In this document: piece by piece, positions 1-17,800 of the stretch
How the letters are laid out: every line of letters begins with the position of its first letter
How positions within the stretch are numbered: the first letter of the stretch is position 1
NCBI GenBank assembly: GCA_032718475.1
Contig: JAUCBJ010008094.1
Coordinates: 62,001-126,000 of the forward strand
Direction: 5' to 3'
DNA length: 64,000 nt
Source of the DNA: Nemertoderma westbladi
Lineage: Eukaryota; Animalia; Xenacoelomorpha
Position numbers and translations under genes: made by a program
Notes under the pieces: generated by a model
What the model was told of the DNA's origin: nothing
What the model saw: only the letters and a program-made list of their open reading frames with translations
Databases searched by the model: none

Positions 1-3000
1 CAACCAGTATTCATTACACTACACCATATTCTACCAACCAGTATTCATTACACTACACCATATTCTACCAACCAGTATTCATTACACTACACCATATTCT
101 ACCAACCAGTATTCATTACACTACACCATATTCTACCAACCAGTATTCATTACACTACACCATATTCTACCAACCAGTATTCATTACACTACACCATATT
201 CTACCAACCAGTATTCATTACACTACACCATATTCTACCAACCAGTATTCATTACACTACACCATATTCTACCAACCAGTATTCATTACACTACACCATA
301 TTCTACCAACCAGTATTCATTACACTACACCATATTCTACCAACCAGTATTCATTACACTACACCATATTCTACCAACCAGTATTCATTACACTACACCA
401 TATTCTACCAACCAGTATTCATTACACTACAGTATTCATTCACTATTCTACCAACCAGTATTCATTACACTACACCATATTCTACCAACCAGTATTCATT
501 ACACTACACCATATTCTACCAACCAGTATTCATTACACTACACCATATTCTACCAACCAGTATTCATTACACTACACCATATTCTACCAACCAGTATTCA
601 TTACACTACACCATATTCTACCAACCAGTATTCATTACACTACACCATATTCTACCAACCAGTATTCATTACACTACACCATATTCTACCAACCAGTATT
701 CATTACACTACACCATATTCTACCAACCAGTATTCATTACACTACACCATATTCTACCAACCAGTATTCATTACACTACACCATATTCTACCAACCAGTA
801 TTCATTACACTACACCATATTCTACCAACCAGTATTCATTACACTACACCATATTCTACCAACCAGTATTCATTACACTACACCATATTCTACCAACCAG
901 TATTCATTACACTACACCATATTCTACCAACCAGTATTCATTACACTACACCATATTCTACCAACCAGTATTCATTACACTACACCATATTCTACCAACC
1001 AGTATTCATTACACTACACCATATTCTACCAACCAGTATTCATTACACTACACCATATTCTACCAACCAGTATTCATTACACTACACCATATTCTACCAA
1101 CCAGTATTCATTACACTACACCATATTCTACCAACCAGTATTCATTACACTACACCATATTCTACCAACCAGTATTCATTACACTACACCATATTCTACC
1201 AACCAGTATTCATTACACTACACCATATTCTACCAACCAGTATTCATTACACTACACCATATTCTACCAACCAGTATTCATTACACTACACCATATTCTA
1301 CCAACCAGTATTCATTACACTACACCATATTCTACCAACCAGTATTCATTACACTACACCATATTCTACCAACCAGTATTCATTACACTACACCATATTC
1401 TACCAACCAGTATTCATTACACTACACCATATTCTACCAACCAGTATTCATTACACTACACCATATTCTACCAACCAGTATTCATTACACTACACCATAT
1501 TCTACCAACCAGTATTCATTACACTACACCATATTCTACCAACCAGTATTCATTACACTACACCATATTCTACCAACCAGTATTCATTACACTACACCAT
1601 ATTCTACCAACCAGTATTCATTACACTACACCATATTCTACCAACCAGTATTCATTACACTACACCATATTCTACCAACCAGTATTCATTACACTACACC
1701 ATATTCTACCAACCAGTATTCATTACACTACACCATATTCTACCAACCAGTATTCATTACACTACACCATATTCTACCAACCAGTATTCATTACACTACA
1801 CCATATTCTACCAACCAGTATTCATTACACTACACCATATTCTACCAACCAGTATTCATTACACTACACCATATTCTACCAACCAGTATTCATTACACTA
1901 CACCATATTCTACCAACCAGTATTCATTACACTACACCATATTCTACCAACCAGTATTCATTACACTACACCATATTCTACCAACCAGTATTCATTACAC
2001 TACACCATATTCTACCAACCAGTATTCATTACACTACACCATATTCTACCAACCAGTATTCATTACACTACACCATATTCTACCAACCAGTATTCATTAC
2101 ACTACACCATATTCTACCAACCAGTATTCATTACACTACACCATATTCTACCAACCAGTATTCATTACACTACACCATATTCTACCAACCAGTATTCATT
2201 ACACTACACCATATTCTGCCAACCAGTATTCATTACACTACACCATATTCTACCAACCAGTATTCATTACACTACACCATATTCTACCAACCAGTATTCA
2301 TTACACTACACCATATTCTACCAACCAGTATTCATTACACTACACCATATTCTACCAACCAGTATTCATTACACTACACCATATTCTACCAACCAGTATT
2401 CATTACACTACACCATATTCTACCAACCAGTATTCATTACACTACACCATATTCTACCAACCAGTATTCATTACACTACACCATATTCTACCAACCAGTA
2501 TTCATTACACTACACCATATTCTACCAACCAGTATTCATTACACTACACCATATTCTACCAACCAGTATTCATTACTCTACACCATATTCTACCAACCAG
2601 TATTCATTACACTACACCATATTCTACCAACCAGTATTCATTACTCTACACCATATTCTACCAACCAGTATTCATTACTCTACACCATATTCTACCAACC
2701 AGTATTCATTACACTACACCATATTCTACCAACCAGTATTCATTACACTACACCATATTCTACCAACCAGTATTCATTACACTACACCATATTCTACCAA
2801 CCAGTATTCATTACACTACACCATATTCTACCAACCAGTATTCATTACACTACACCATATTCTACCAACCAGTATTCATTACACTACACCATATTCTACC
2901 AACCAGTATTCATTACACTACACCATATTCTACCAACCAGTATTCATTACACTACACCATATTCTACCAACCAGTATTCATTACACTACACCATATTCTA

Positions 3001-6000
3001 CCAACCAGTATTCATTACACTACACCATATTCTACCAACCAGTATTCATTACACTACACCATATTCTACCAACCAGTATTCATTACACTACACCATATTC
3101 TGCCAACCAGTATTCATTACACTACCAGTATTCATTACACTACCAGTATTCATTACACTACCAGTATTCATTACTCTACACCATATTCTACCAACCAGTA
3201 TTCATTACTCTACACCATATTCTACCAACCAGTATTCATTACACTACACCATATTCTGCCAACCAGTATTCATTACACTACACCATATTCTACCAACCAG
3301 TATTCATTACACTACACCATATTCTACCAACCAGTATTCATTACACTACACCATATTCTACCAACCAGTATTCATTACACTACACCATATTCTACCAACC
3401 AGTATTCATTACACTACACCATATTCTACCAACCAGTATTCATTACACTACACCATATTCTGCCAACCAGTATTCATTACACTACCAGTATTCATTACAC
3501 TACCAGTATTCATTACACTACCAGTATTCATTACTCTACACCATATTCTACCAACCAGTATTCATTACTCTACACCATATTCTACCAACCAGTATTCATT
3601 ACTCTACACCATATTCTACCAACCAGTATTCATTACTCTACACCATATTCTACCAACCAGTATTCATTACACTACACCATATTCTACCAACCAGTATTCA
3701 TTACTCTACACCATATTCTACCAACCAGTATTCATTACTCTACACCATATTCTACCAACCAGTATTCATTACACTACACCATATTCTACCAACCAGTATT
3801 CATTACTCTACACCATATTCTACCAACCAGTATTCATTACTCTACACCATATTCTACCAACCAGTATTCATTACTCTACACCATATTCTACCAACCAGTA
3901 TTCATTACTCTACACCATATTCTACCAACCAGTATTCATTACTCTACACCATATTCTACCAACCAGTATTCATTACACTACACCATATTCTACCAACCAG
4001 TATTCATTACTCTACACCATATTCTACCAACCAGTATTCATTACACTACACCATATTCTACCAACCAGTATTCATTACACTACACCATATTCTACCAACC
4101 AGTATTCATTACACTACACCATATTCTACCAACCAGTATTCATTACTCTACACCATATTCTACCAACCAGTATTCATTACTCTACACCATATTCTACCAA
4201 CCAGTATTCATTACTCTACACCATATTCTACCAACCAGTATTCATTACACTACACCATATTCTACCAACCAGTATTCATTACTCTACACCATATTCTACC
4301 AACCAGTATTCATTACACTACACCATATTCTACCAACCAGTATTCATTACACTACCAGTATTCATTACACTACCAGTATTCATTACACTACCAGTATTCA
4401 TTACTCTACACCATATTCTACCAACCAGTATTCATTACACTACACCATATTCTACCAACCAGTATTCATTACACTACACCATATTCTGCCAACCAGTATT
4501 CATTACACTACCAGTATTCATTACACTACCAGTATTCATTACACTACCAGTATTCATTACTCTACACCATATTCTACCAACCAGTATTCATTACTCTACA
4601 CCATATTCTACCAACCAGTATTCATTACTCTACACCATATTCTACCAACCAGTATTCATTACTCTACACCATATTCTACCAACCAGTATTCATTACACTA
4701 CACCATATTCTACCAACCAGTATTCATTACTCTACACCATATTCTACCAACCAGTATTCATTACTCTACACCATATTCTACCAACCAGTATTCATTACAC
4801 TACACCATATTCTACCAACCAGTATTCATTACTCTACACCATATTCTACCAACCAGTATTCATTACTCTACACCATATTCTACCAACCAGTATTCATTAC
4901 TCTACACCATATTCTACCAACCAGTATTCATTACTCTACACCATATTCTACCAACCAGTATTCATTACACTACACCATATTCTACCAACCAGTATTCATT
5001 ACTCTACACCATATTCTACCAACCAGTATTCATTACTCTACACCATATTCTACCAACCAGTATTCATTACTCTACACCATATTCTACCAACCAGTATTCA
5101 TTACTCTACACCATATTCTACCAACCAGTATTCATTACTCTACACCATATTCTACCAACCAGTATTCATTACTCTACACCATATTCTACCAACCAGTATT
5201 CATTACACTACACCATATTCTACCAACCAGTATTCATTACTCTACACCATATTCTACCAACCAGTATTCATTACTCTACACCATATTCTACCAACCAGTA
5301 TTCATTACACTACACCATATTCTACCAACCAGTATTCATTACACTACACCATATTCTACCAACCAGTATTCATTACACTACACCATATTCTACCAACCAG
5401 TATTCATTACACTACACCATATTCTACCAACCAGTATTCATTACACTACACCATATTCTGCCAACCAGTATTCATTACACTACCAGTATTCATTACACTA
5501 CCAGTATTCATTACACTACCAGTATTCATTACTCTACACCATATTCTACCAACCAGTATTCATTACACTACACCATATTCTACCAACCAGTATTCATTAC
5601 ACTACACCATATTCTACCAACCAGTATTCATTACACTACACCATATTCTACCAACCAGTATTCATTACACTACACCATATTCTACCAACCAGTATTCATT
5701 ACACTACACCATATTCTACCAACCAGTATTCATTACACTACACCATATTCTACCAACCAGTATTCATTACACTACACCATATTCTACCAACCAGTATTCA
5801 TTACACTACACCATATTCTACCAACCAGTATTCATTACACTACACCATATTCTACCAACCAGTATTCATTACACTACACCATATTCTACCAACCAGTATT
5901 CATTACACTACACCATATTCTACCAACCAGTATTCATTACACTACACCATATTCTACCAACCAGTATTCATTACACTACACCATATTCTACCAACCAGTA

Positions 6001-9000
6001 TTCATTACACTACACCATATTCTACCAACCAGTATTCATTACACTACACCATATTCTACCAACCAGTATTCATTACACTACACCATATTCTACCAACCAG
6101 TATTCATTACACTACACCATATTCTACCAACCAGTATTCATTACACTACCAGTATTCATTACACTACCAGTATTCATTACACTACCAGTATTCATTACTC
6201 TACACCATATTCTACCAACCAGTATTCATTACACTACACCATATTCTACCAACCAGTATTCATTACACTACACCATATTCTACCAACCAGTATTCATTAC
6301 ACTACACCATATTCTACCAACCAGTATTCATTACACTACACCATATTCTACCAACCAGTATTCATTACACTACCAGTATTCATTACACTACACCATATTC
6401 TACCAACCAGTATTCATTACACTACACCATATTCTACCAACCAGTATTCATTACACTACACCATATTCTACCAACCAGTATTCATTACACTACACCATAT
6501 TCTACCAACCAGTATTCATTACACTACACCATATTCTACCAACCAGTATTCATTACACTACACCATATTCTACCAACCAGTATTCATTACACTACACCAT
6601 ATTCTACCAACCAGTATTCATTACACTACACCATATTCTACCAACCAGTATTCATTACACTACACCATATTCTACCAACCAGTATTCATTACACTACCAG
6701 TATTCATTACACTACACCATATTCTACCAACCAGTATTCATTACACTACACCATATTCTACCAACCAGTATTCATTACACTACCAGTATTCATTACACTA
6801 CACCATATTCTACCAACCAGTATTCATTACACTACACCATATTCTACCAACCAGTATTCATTACACTACACCATATTCTACCAACCAGTATTCATTACAC
6901 TACACCATATTCTACCAACCAGTATTCATTACACTACACCATATTCTACCAACCAGTATTCATTACACTACACCATATTCTACCAACCAGTATTCATTAC
7001 ACTACACCATATTCTACCAACCAGTATTCATTACACTACACCATATTCTACCAACCAGTATTCATTACACTACACCATATTCTACCAACCAGTATTCATT
7101 ACACTACACCATATTCTACCAACCAGTATTCATTACACTACACCATATTCTACCAACCAGTATTCATTACACTACACCATATTCTACCAACCAGTATTCA
7201 TTACACTACACCATATTCTACCAACCAGTATTCATTACACTACACCATATTCTACCAACCAGTATTCATTACACTACACCATATTCTACCAACCAGTATT
7301 CATTACACTACACCATATTCTACCAACCAGTATTCATTACACTACACCATATTCTACCAACCAGTATTCATTACACTACACCATATTCTACCAACCAGTA
7401 TTCATTACACTACACCATATTCTACCAACCAGTATTCATTACACTACACCATATTCTACCAACCAGTATTCATTACACTACACCATATTCTACCAACCAG
7501 TATTCATTACACTACACCATATTCTACCAACCAGTATTCATTACACTACACCATATTCTACCAACCAGTATTCATTACACTACACCATATTCTACCAACC
7601 AGTATTCATTACACTACACCATATTCTACCAACCAGTATTCATTACACTACACCATATTCTACCAACCAGTATTCATTACTCTACACCATATTCTACCAA
7701 CCAGTATTCATTACACTACACCATATTCTACCAACCAGTATTCATTACACTACACCATATTCTACCAACCAGTATTCATTACACTACACCATATTCTACC
7801 AACCAGTATTCATTACACTACACCATATTCTACCAACCAGTATTCATTACACTACACCATATTCTACCAACCAGTATTCATTACACTACACCATATTCTA
7901 CCAACCAGTATTCATTACACTACACCATATTCTACCAACCAGTATTCATTACACTACACCATATTCTACCAACCAGTATTCATTACACTACACCATATTC
8001 TACCAACCAGTATTCATTACACTACACCACATTCTACCAACCAGTATTCATTACACTACACCATATTCTACCAACCAGTATTCATTACACTACACCATAT
8101 TCTACCAACCAGTATTCATTACACTACACCATATTCTACCAACCAGTATTCATTACACTACCAGTATTCATTACACTACACCATATTCTACCAACCAGTA
8201 TTCATTACACTACACCACATTCTACCAACCAGTATTCATTACACTACACCATATTCTACCAACCAGTATTCATTACACTACACCATATTCTACCAACCAG
8301 TATTCATTACACTACACCATATTCTACCAACCAGTATTCATTACACTACACCATATTCTACCAACCAGTATTCATTACACTACACCATATTCTACCAACC
8401 AGTATTCATTACACTACACCATATTCTACCAACCAGTATTCATTACACTACACCATATTCTACCAACCAGTATTCATTACACTACACCATATTCTACCAA
8501 CCAGTATTCATTACACTACACCATATTCTACCAACCAGTATTCATTACACTACACCATATTCTACCAACCAGTATTCATTACACTACACCATATTCTACC
8601 AACCAGTATTCATTACACTACACCATATTCTACCAACCAGTATTCATTACACTACACCATATTCTACCAACCAGTATTCATTACACTACACCATATTCTA
8701 CCAACCAGTATTCATTACACTACACCATATTCTACCAACCAGTATTCATTACACTACACCATATTCTACCAACCAGTATTCATTACTCTACACCATATTC
8801 TACCAACCAGTATTCATTACACTACACCATATTCTACCAACCAGTATTCATTACACTACACCATATTCTACCAACCAGTATTCATTACACTACACCATAT
8901 TCTACCAACCAGTATTCATTACACTACACCATATTCTACCAACCAGTATTCATTACACTACACCATATTCTACCAACCAGTATTCATTACACTACACCAT

Positions 9001-10459
9001 ATTCTACCAACCAGTATTCATTACACTACACCATATTCTACCAACCAGTATTCATTACTCTACACCATATTCTACCAACCAGTATTCATTACACTACACC
9101 ATATTCTACCAACCAGTATTCATTACACTACACCATATTCTACCAACCAGTATTCATTACTCTACACCATATTCTACCAACCAGTATTCATTACACTACA
9201 CCATATTCTACCAACCAGTATTCATTACACTACACCATATTCTACCAACCAGTATTCATTACACTACACCATATTCTACCAACCAGTATTCATTACACTA
9301 CACCATATTCTACCAACCAGTATTCATTACACTACACCATATTCTACCAACCAGTATTCATTACACTACACCATATTCTACCAACCAGTATTCATTACAC
9401 TACCAGTATTCATTACACTACACCATATTCTACCAACCAGTATTCATTACACTACACCATATTCTACCAACCAGTATTCATTACACTACACCATATTCTA
9501 CCAACCAGTATTCATTACACTACACCATATTCTACCAACCAGTATTCATTACTCTACACCATATTCTACCAACCAGTATTCATTACTCTACACCATATTC
9601 TACCAACCAGTATTCATTACACTACCAGTATTCATTACACTACACCATATTCTACCAACCAGTATTCATTACTCTACACCATATTCTACCAACCAGTATT
9701 CATTACACTACCAGTATTCATTACACTACACCATATTCTACCAACCAGTATTCATTACACTACACCATATTCTACCAACCAGTATTCATTACACTACCAG
9801 TATTCATTACACTACACCATATTCTACCAACCAGTATTCATTACACTACACCACATTCTACCAACCAGTATTCATTACACTACACCATATTCTACCAACC
9901 AGTATTCATTACACTACACCATATTCTACCAACCAGTATTCATTACTCTACACCATATTCTACCAACCAGTATTCATTACACTACACCATATTCTACCAA
10001 CCAGTATTCATTACACTACACCATATTCTACCAACCAGTATTCATTACTCTACACCATATTCTACCAACCAGTATTCATTACACTACACCATATTCTACC
10101 GACCAGTATTCATTACACTACACCATATTCTACCAACCAGTATTCATTACACTACACCATATTCTACCAACCAGTATTCATTACACTACACCATATTCTA
10201 CCAACCAGTATTCATTACACTACACCATATTCTACCAACCAGTATTCATTACACTACACCATATTCTACCAACCAGTATTCATTACACTACCAGTATTCA
10301 TTACACTACACCATATTCTACCAACCAGTATTCATTACACTACACCATATTCTACCAACCAGTATTCATTACACTACACCATATTCTACCAACCAGTATT
10401 CATTACACTACACCATATTCTACCAACCAGTATTCATTACACTACACCATATTCTACCA
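1..10459. repeat. 34-bp minisatellite array A1 (CCAGTATTCATTACACTACACCATATTCTACCAA), ~300 copies, runs off the left edge
   Basis: Near-perfect 34-bp period. Recurrent variants are ACACT>ACTCT, CTACC>CTGCC and an 18-bp short unit CCAGTATTCATTACACTA. Confidence 0.98.
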
Positions 10460-11853
10460 TAAACACATAATGTTATAGTCCAGTCAATCTAGGCATAAAG
10501 AAGAGGTAAACAAAAATTAATTCAAAACTCAAAAAAACAACTTTTTTATTATACATTATCTTGCTCAAGCGGAGAAACTTTTGATGCTGCAACTTGAGTA
10601 GAAATAAAAGTCCTACTTATTGCTGAGGTGGTCAGCAATAAGTAGCTGGACACTCTCAGCATCATTGGCGCATAAAAGTCTGATATAAATTTCTGTGTGT
10701 GGGGAAGTCCGATATTCATATGGCTGCAGCATTTTTAATAACTGTTTACATCATTGTGTGAAAAGAAACTTTTCTGAGTTATTACCCGATTGCATTTATG
10801 TGTACCAAGCCAGCGCAGCAAAGGAAGTTAAAATAAATTTACAAGGGTCATAAAAGGAATAGTGCCCTTTTCACAAAATGTTGTACGCAAATATTTTACA
10901 TTATGTAAACTTATCGACGTTCTGAATCTTAATTATTAACTTTTATATTGTAATAATGCAATTAAGGTTTTATGGTTTTTCATATTTTTTAATCAAACGG
11001 TCTGGAATTATAAATATATATTCTAGAACTTTATAAATGTTTAGCTAATATGTTGATGAACAATAATAATGGCAAAGACAAGCTAGTATATAACAAATTC
11101 ATGTATAGCAATGTATAGCAGCCTAATGTTAATTAATGTAGGACTAAATTTATAAACAAATGGAATGCAATAAAGTAGTTGAAATGCAATAATAACTATA
11201 TACGCCATTGTTCATAAAATAGCAGTTTATAGCGTTACAGCATGAGTGATTTTGTTTCCCGAGTGACAGCGTGGGAAATAACAAAACGAGGGATTTATTT
11301 GTAATTATGCACATAAACTTTCTAGAACAACCTAATAATGACACTGTGACATACTGGATATACTGGAAATACATAGTAGATGTATATGGCATAGGGGCAT
11401 ACTGAGAAATAATGTCGCGCTGCGATATAAAGTTGGGAAATATGTCGCCCTGGCGATGTGATAGTGCGAAATTTCTTCCATACAAATAAATAAAAATTAA
11501 TACAGCATCGTCATCGTCAATTAGTAGTAGTACCTTATTGCATTCCCATTCCGGTTCTATTATTAGTAGTACTTTATTGCATTCCCATTCTCGTTCTATC
11601 ATTAGTAGTACTTTATTGCATTCCCATTCCCATTCTATTATTAGTAGTACTTTATTGGATTCCCGTTCTATTATTAGTAGTACTTTATTGCCTTCCCATT
11701 CTCCTTCTATTATTAGTAGTACTTTATTGCATTCCCATTGAACTTTATTGCATTCCCATTCTCGTTCTATCATTAGTAGTACTTTATTGCATTCCCATTC
11801 CCATTCTATTATTAGTAGTACCTTATTTGATTCCCGTTCTATTATTAGTAGTA
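10460..11853. repeat. Duplicated block, copy 1 (unique ~1.06 kb plus first ~330 bp of the 39-bp satellite)
   Basis: Appears identical by eye to 21931-23324 (offset 11,471). The ORF track gives identical 207-aa and 67-aa translations at the same offset. Confidence 0.95.
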
Positions 11854-11864
11854 GTAGTTATTAG

Positions 11865-14800
11865 CAGTATTCATTACTCTACACCATATTCTACCAACCA
11901 GTATTCATTACTCTACACCATATTCTACCAACCAGTATTCATTACTCTACACCATATTCTACCAACCAGTATTCATTACTCTACACCATATTCTACCAAC
12001 CAGTATTCATTACTCTACACCATATTCTACCAACCAGTATTCATTACTCTACACCATATTCTACCAACCAGTATTCATTACACTACACCATATTCTACCA
12101 ACCAGTATTCATTACACTACACCATATTCTACCAACCAGTATTCATTACACTACACCATATTCTACCAACCAGTATTCATTACACTACACCATATTCTAC
12201 CAACCAGTATTCATTACACTACACCATATTCTACCAACCAGTATTCATTACACTACACCATATTCTACCAACCAGTATTCATTACACTACACCATATTCT
12301 ACCAACCAGTATTCATTACACTACACCATATTCTACCAACCAGTATTCATTACACTACACCATATTCTACCAACCAGTATTCATTACACTACACCATATT
12401 CTACCAACCAGTATTCATTACACTACACCATATTCTACCAACCAGTATTCATTACACTACACCATATTCTGCCAACCAGTATTCATTACACTACCAGTAT
12501 TCATTACACTACCAGTATTCATTACACTACCAGTATTCATTACTCTACACCATATTCTACCAACCAGTATTCATTACTCTACACCATATTCTACCAACCA
12601 GTATTCATTACACTACACCATATTCTACCAACCAGTATTCATTACACTACACCATATTCTACCAACCAGTATTCATTACACTACACCATATTCTACCAAC
12701 CAGTATTCATTACACTACACCATATTCTACCAACCAGTATTCATTACACTACACCATATTCTACCAACCAGTATTCATTACACTACACCATATTCTGCCA
12801 ACCAGTATTCATTACACTACCAGTATTCATTACACTACCAGTATTCATTACACTACCAGTATTCATTACTCTACACCATATTCTACCAACCAGTATTCAT
12901 TACTCTACACCATATTCTACCAACCAGTATTCATTACTCTACACCATATTCTACCAACCAGTATTCATTACTCTACACCATATTCTGCCAACCAGTATTC
13001 ATTACACTACCAGTATTCATTACACTACCAGTATTCATTACACTACCAGTATTCATTACTCTACACCATATTCTACCAACCAGTATTCATTACTCTACAC
13101 CATATTCTACCAACCAGTATTCATTACACTACACCATATTCTGCCAACCAGTATTCATTACACTACACCATATTCTACCAACCAGTATTCATTACACTAC
13201 ACCATATTCTACCAACCAGTATTCATTACACTACACCATATTCTACCAACCAGTATTCATTACACTACACCATATTCTACCAACCAGTATTCATTACACT
13301 ACACCATATTCTACCAACCAGTATTCATTACACTACACCATATTCTGCCAACCAGTATTCATTACACTACCAGTATTCATTACACTACCAGTATTCATTA
13401 CACTACCAGTATTCATTACTCTACACCATATTCTACCAACCAGTATTCATTACTCTACACCATATTCTACCAACCAGTATTCATTACTCTACACCATATT
13501 CTACCAACCAGTATTCATTACTCTACACCATATTCTACCAACCAGTATTCATTACACTACACCATATTCTACCAACCAGTATTCATTACTCTACACCATA
13601 TTCTACCAACCAGTATTCATTACTCTACACCATATTCTACCAACCAGTATTCATTACACTACACCATATTCTACCAACCAGTATTCATTACTCTACACCA
13701 TATTCTACCAACCAGTATTCATTACTCTACACCATATTCTACCAACCAGTATTCATTACTCTACACCATATTCTACCAACCAGTATTCATTACTCTACAC
13801 CATATTCTACCAACCAGTATTCATTACTCTACACCATATTCTACCAACCAGTATTCATTACACTACACCATATTCTACCAACCAGTATTCATTACTCTAC
13901 ACCATATTCTACCAACCAGTATTCATTACACTACACCATATTCTACCAACCAGTATTCATTACACTACACCATATTCTACCAACCAGTATTCATTACACT
14001 ACACCATATTCTACCAACCAGTATTCATTACTCTACACCATATTCTACCAACCAGTATTCATTACTCTACACCATATTCTACCAACCAGTATTCATTACT
14101 CTACACCATATTCTACCAACCAGTATTCATTACACTACACCATATTCTACCAACCAGTATTCATTACTCTACACCATATTCTACCAACCAGTATTCATTA
14201 CACTACACCATATTCTACCAACCAGTATTCATTACACTACCAGTATTCATTACACTACCAGTATTCATTACACTACCAGTATTCATTACTCTACACCATA
14301 TTCTACCAACCAGTATTCATTACACTACACCATATTCTACCAACCAGTATTCATTACACTACACCATATTCTGCCAACCAGTATTCATTACACTACCAGT
14401 ATTCATTACACTACCAGTATTCATTACACTACCAGTATTCATTACTCTACACCATATTCTACCAACCAGTATTCATTACTCTACACCATATTCTACCAAC
14501 CAGTATTCATTACTCTACACCATATTCTACCAACCAGTATTCATTACTCTACACCATATTCTACCAACCAGTATTCATTACACTACACCATATTCTACCA
14601 ACCAGTATTCATTACTCTACACCATATTCTACCAACCAGTATTCATTACTCTACACCATATTCTACCAACCAGTATTCATTACACTACACCATATTCTAC
14701 CAACCAGTATTCATTACTCTACACCATATTCTACCAACCAGTATTCATTACTCTACACCATATTCTACCAACCAGTATTCATTACTCTACACCATATTCT

Positions 14801-17800
14801 ACCAACCAGTATTCATTACTCTACACCATATTCTACCAACCAGTATTCATTACACTACACCATATTCTACCAACCAGTATTCATTACTCTACACCATATT
14901 CTACCAACCAGTATTCATTACTCTACACCATATTCTACCAACCAGTATTCATTACTCTACACCATATTCTACCAACCAGTATTCATTACTCTACACCATA
15001 TTCTACCAACCAGTATTCATTACTCTACACCATATTCTACCAACCAGTATTCATTACTCTACACCATATTCTACCAACCAGTATTCATTACACTACACCA
15101 TATTCTACCAACCAGTATTCATTACTCTACACCATATTCTACCAACCAGTATTCATTACTCTACACCATATTCTACCAACCAGTATTCATTACACTACAC
15201 CATATTCTACCAACCAGTATTCATTACACTACACCATATTCTACCAACCAGTATTCATTACACTACACCATATTCTACCAACCAGTATTCATTACACTAC
15301 ACCATATTCTACCAACCAGTATTCATTACACTACACCATATTCTGCCAACCAGTATTCATTACACTACCAGTATTCATTACACTACCAGTATTCATTACA
15401 CTACCAGTATTCATTACTCTACACCATATTCTACCAACCAGTATTCATTACACTACACCATATTCTACCAACCAGTATTCATTACACTACACCATATTCT
15501 ACCAACCAGTATTCATTACACTACACCATATTCTACCAACCAGTATTCATTACACTACACCATATTCTACCAACCAGTATTCATTACACTACACCATATT
15601 CTACCAACCAGTATTCATTACACTACACCATATTCTACCAACCAGTATTCATTACACTACACCATATTCTACCAACCAGTATTCATTACACTACACCATA
15701 TTCTACCAACCAGTATTCATTACACTACACCATATTCTACCAACCAGTATTCATTACACTACACCATATTCTACCAACCAGTATTCATTACACTACACCA
15801 TATTCTACCAACCAGTATTCATTACACTACACCATATTCTACCAACCAGTATTCATTACACTACACCATATTCTACCAACCAGTATTCATTACACTACAC
15901 CATATTCTACCAACCAGTATTCATTACACTACACCATATTCTACCAACCAGTATTCATTACACTACACCATATTCTACCAACCAGTATTCATTACACTAC
16001 ACCATATTCTGCCAACCAGTATTCATTACACTACCAGTATTCATTACACTACCAGTATTCATTACACTACCAGTATTCATTACTCTACACCATATTCTAC
16101 CAACCAGTATTCATTACACTACACCATATTCTACCAACCAGTATTCATTACACTACACCATATTCTACCAACCAGTATTCATTACACTACACCATATTCT
16201 ACCAACCAGTATTCATTACACTACACCATATTCTACCAACCAGTATTCATTACACTACCAGTATTCATTACACTACACCATATTCTACCAACCAGTATTC
16301 ATTACACTACACCATATTCTACCAACCAGTATTCATTACACTACACCATATTCTACCAACCAGTATTCATTACACTACACCATATTCTGCCAACCAGTAT
16401 TCATTACACTACACCATATTCTACCAACCAGTATTCATTACACTACACCATATTCTACCAACCAGTATTCATTACACTACACCATATTCTACCAACCAGT
16501 ATTCATTACACTACACCATATTCTACCAACCAGTATTCATTACACTACACCATATTCTACCAACCAGTATTCATTACACTACACCATATTCTACCAACCA
16601 GTATTCATTACACTACACCATATTCTACCAACCAGTATTCATTACACTACACCATATTCTACCAACCAGTATTCATTACACTACACCATATTCTACCAAC
16701 CAGTATTCATTACACTACACCATATTCTACCAACCAGTATTCATTACACTACACCATATTCTACCAACCAGTATTCATTACACTACACCATATTCTACCA
16801 ACCAGTATTCATTACACTACACCATATTCTACCAACCAGTATTCATTACACTACACCATATTCTACCAACCAGTATTCATTACACTACACCATATTCTAC
16901 CAACCAGTATTCATTACACTACACCATATTCTACCAACCAGTATTCATTACACTACACCATATTCTACCAACCAGTATTCATTACACTACACCATATTCT
17001 ACCAACCAGTATTCATTACACTACACCATATTCTACCAACCAGTATTCATTACACTACACCATATTCTACCAACCAGTATTCATTACACTACACCATATT
17101 CTACCAACCAGTATTCATTACACTACACCATATTCTACCAACCAGTATTCATTACACTACACCATATTCTACCAACCAGTATTCATTACACTACACCATA
17201 TTCTACCAACCAGTATTCATTACACTACACCATATTCTACCAACCAGTATTCATTACACTACACCATATTCTACCAACCAGTATTCATTACTCTACACCA
17301 TATTCTACCAACCAGTATTCATTACACTACACCATATTCTACCAACCAGTATTCATTACACTACACCATATTCTACCAACCAGTATTCATTACACTACAC
17401 CATATTCTACCAACCAGTATTCATTACACTACACCATATTCTACCAACCAGTATTCATTACTCTACACCATATTCTACCAACCAGTATTCATTACACTAC
17501 ACCATATTCTACCAACCAGTATTCATTACACTACACCATATTCTACCAACCAGTATTCATTACACTACACCATATTCTACCAACCAGTATTCATTACACT
17601 ACACCATATTCTACCAACCAGTATTCATTACACTACACCATATTCTACCAACCAGTATTCATTACACTACACCATATTCTACCAACCAGTATTCATTACA
17701 CTACACCATATTCTACCAACCAGTATTCATTACACTACACCATATTCTACCAACCAGTATTCATTACACTACACCATATTCTACCAACCAGTATTCATTA

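Noticed and set aside
10479-10505. Plus-strand 27-nt microexon (tag|SSQSRHKEE|gtaaac)
   Set aside because: It has no pyrimidine tract, bears no resemblance to DYRK subdomains I-II and cannot be supported without transcripts.
11150-11773. 207-aa minus ORF (and its copy at 22621-23244)
   Set aside because: It starts inside the satellite, the remainder crosses a palindromic non-coding element, and it has no recognisable domain.
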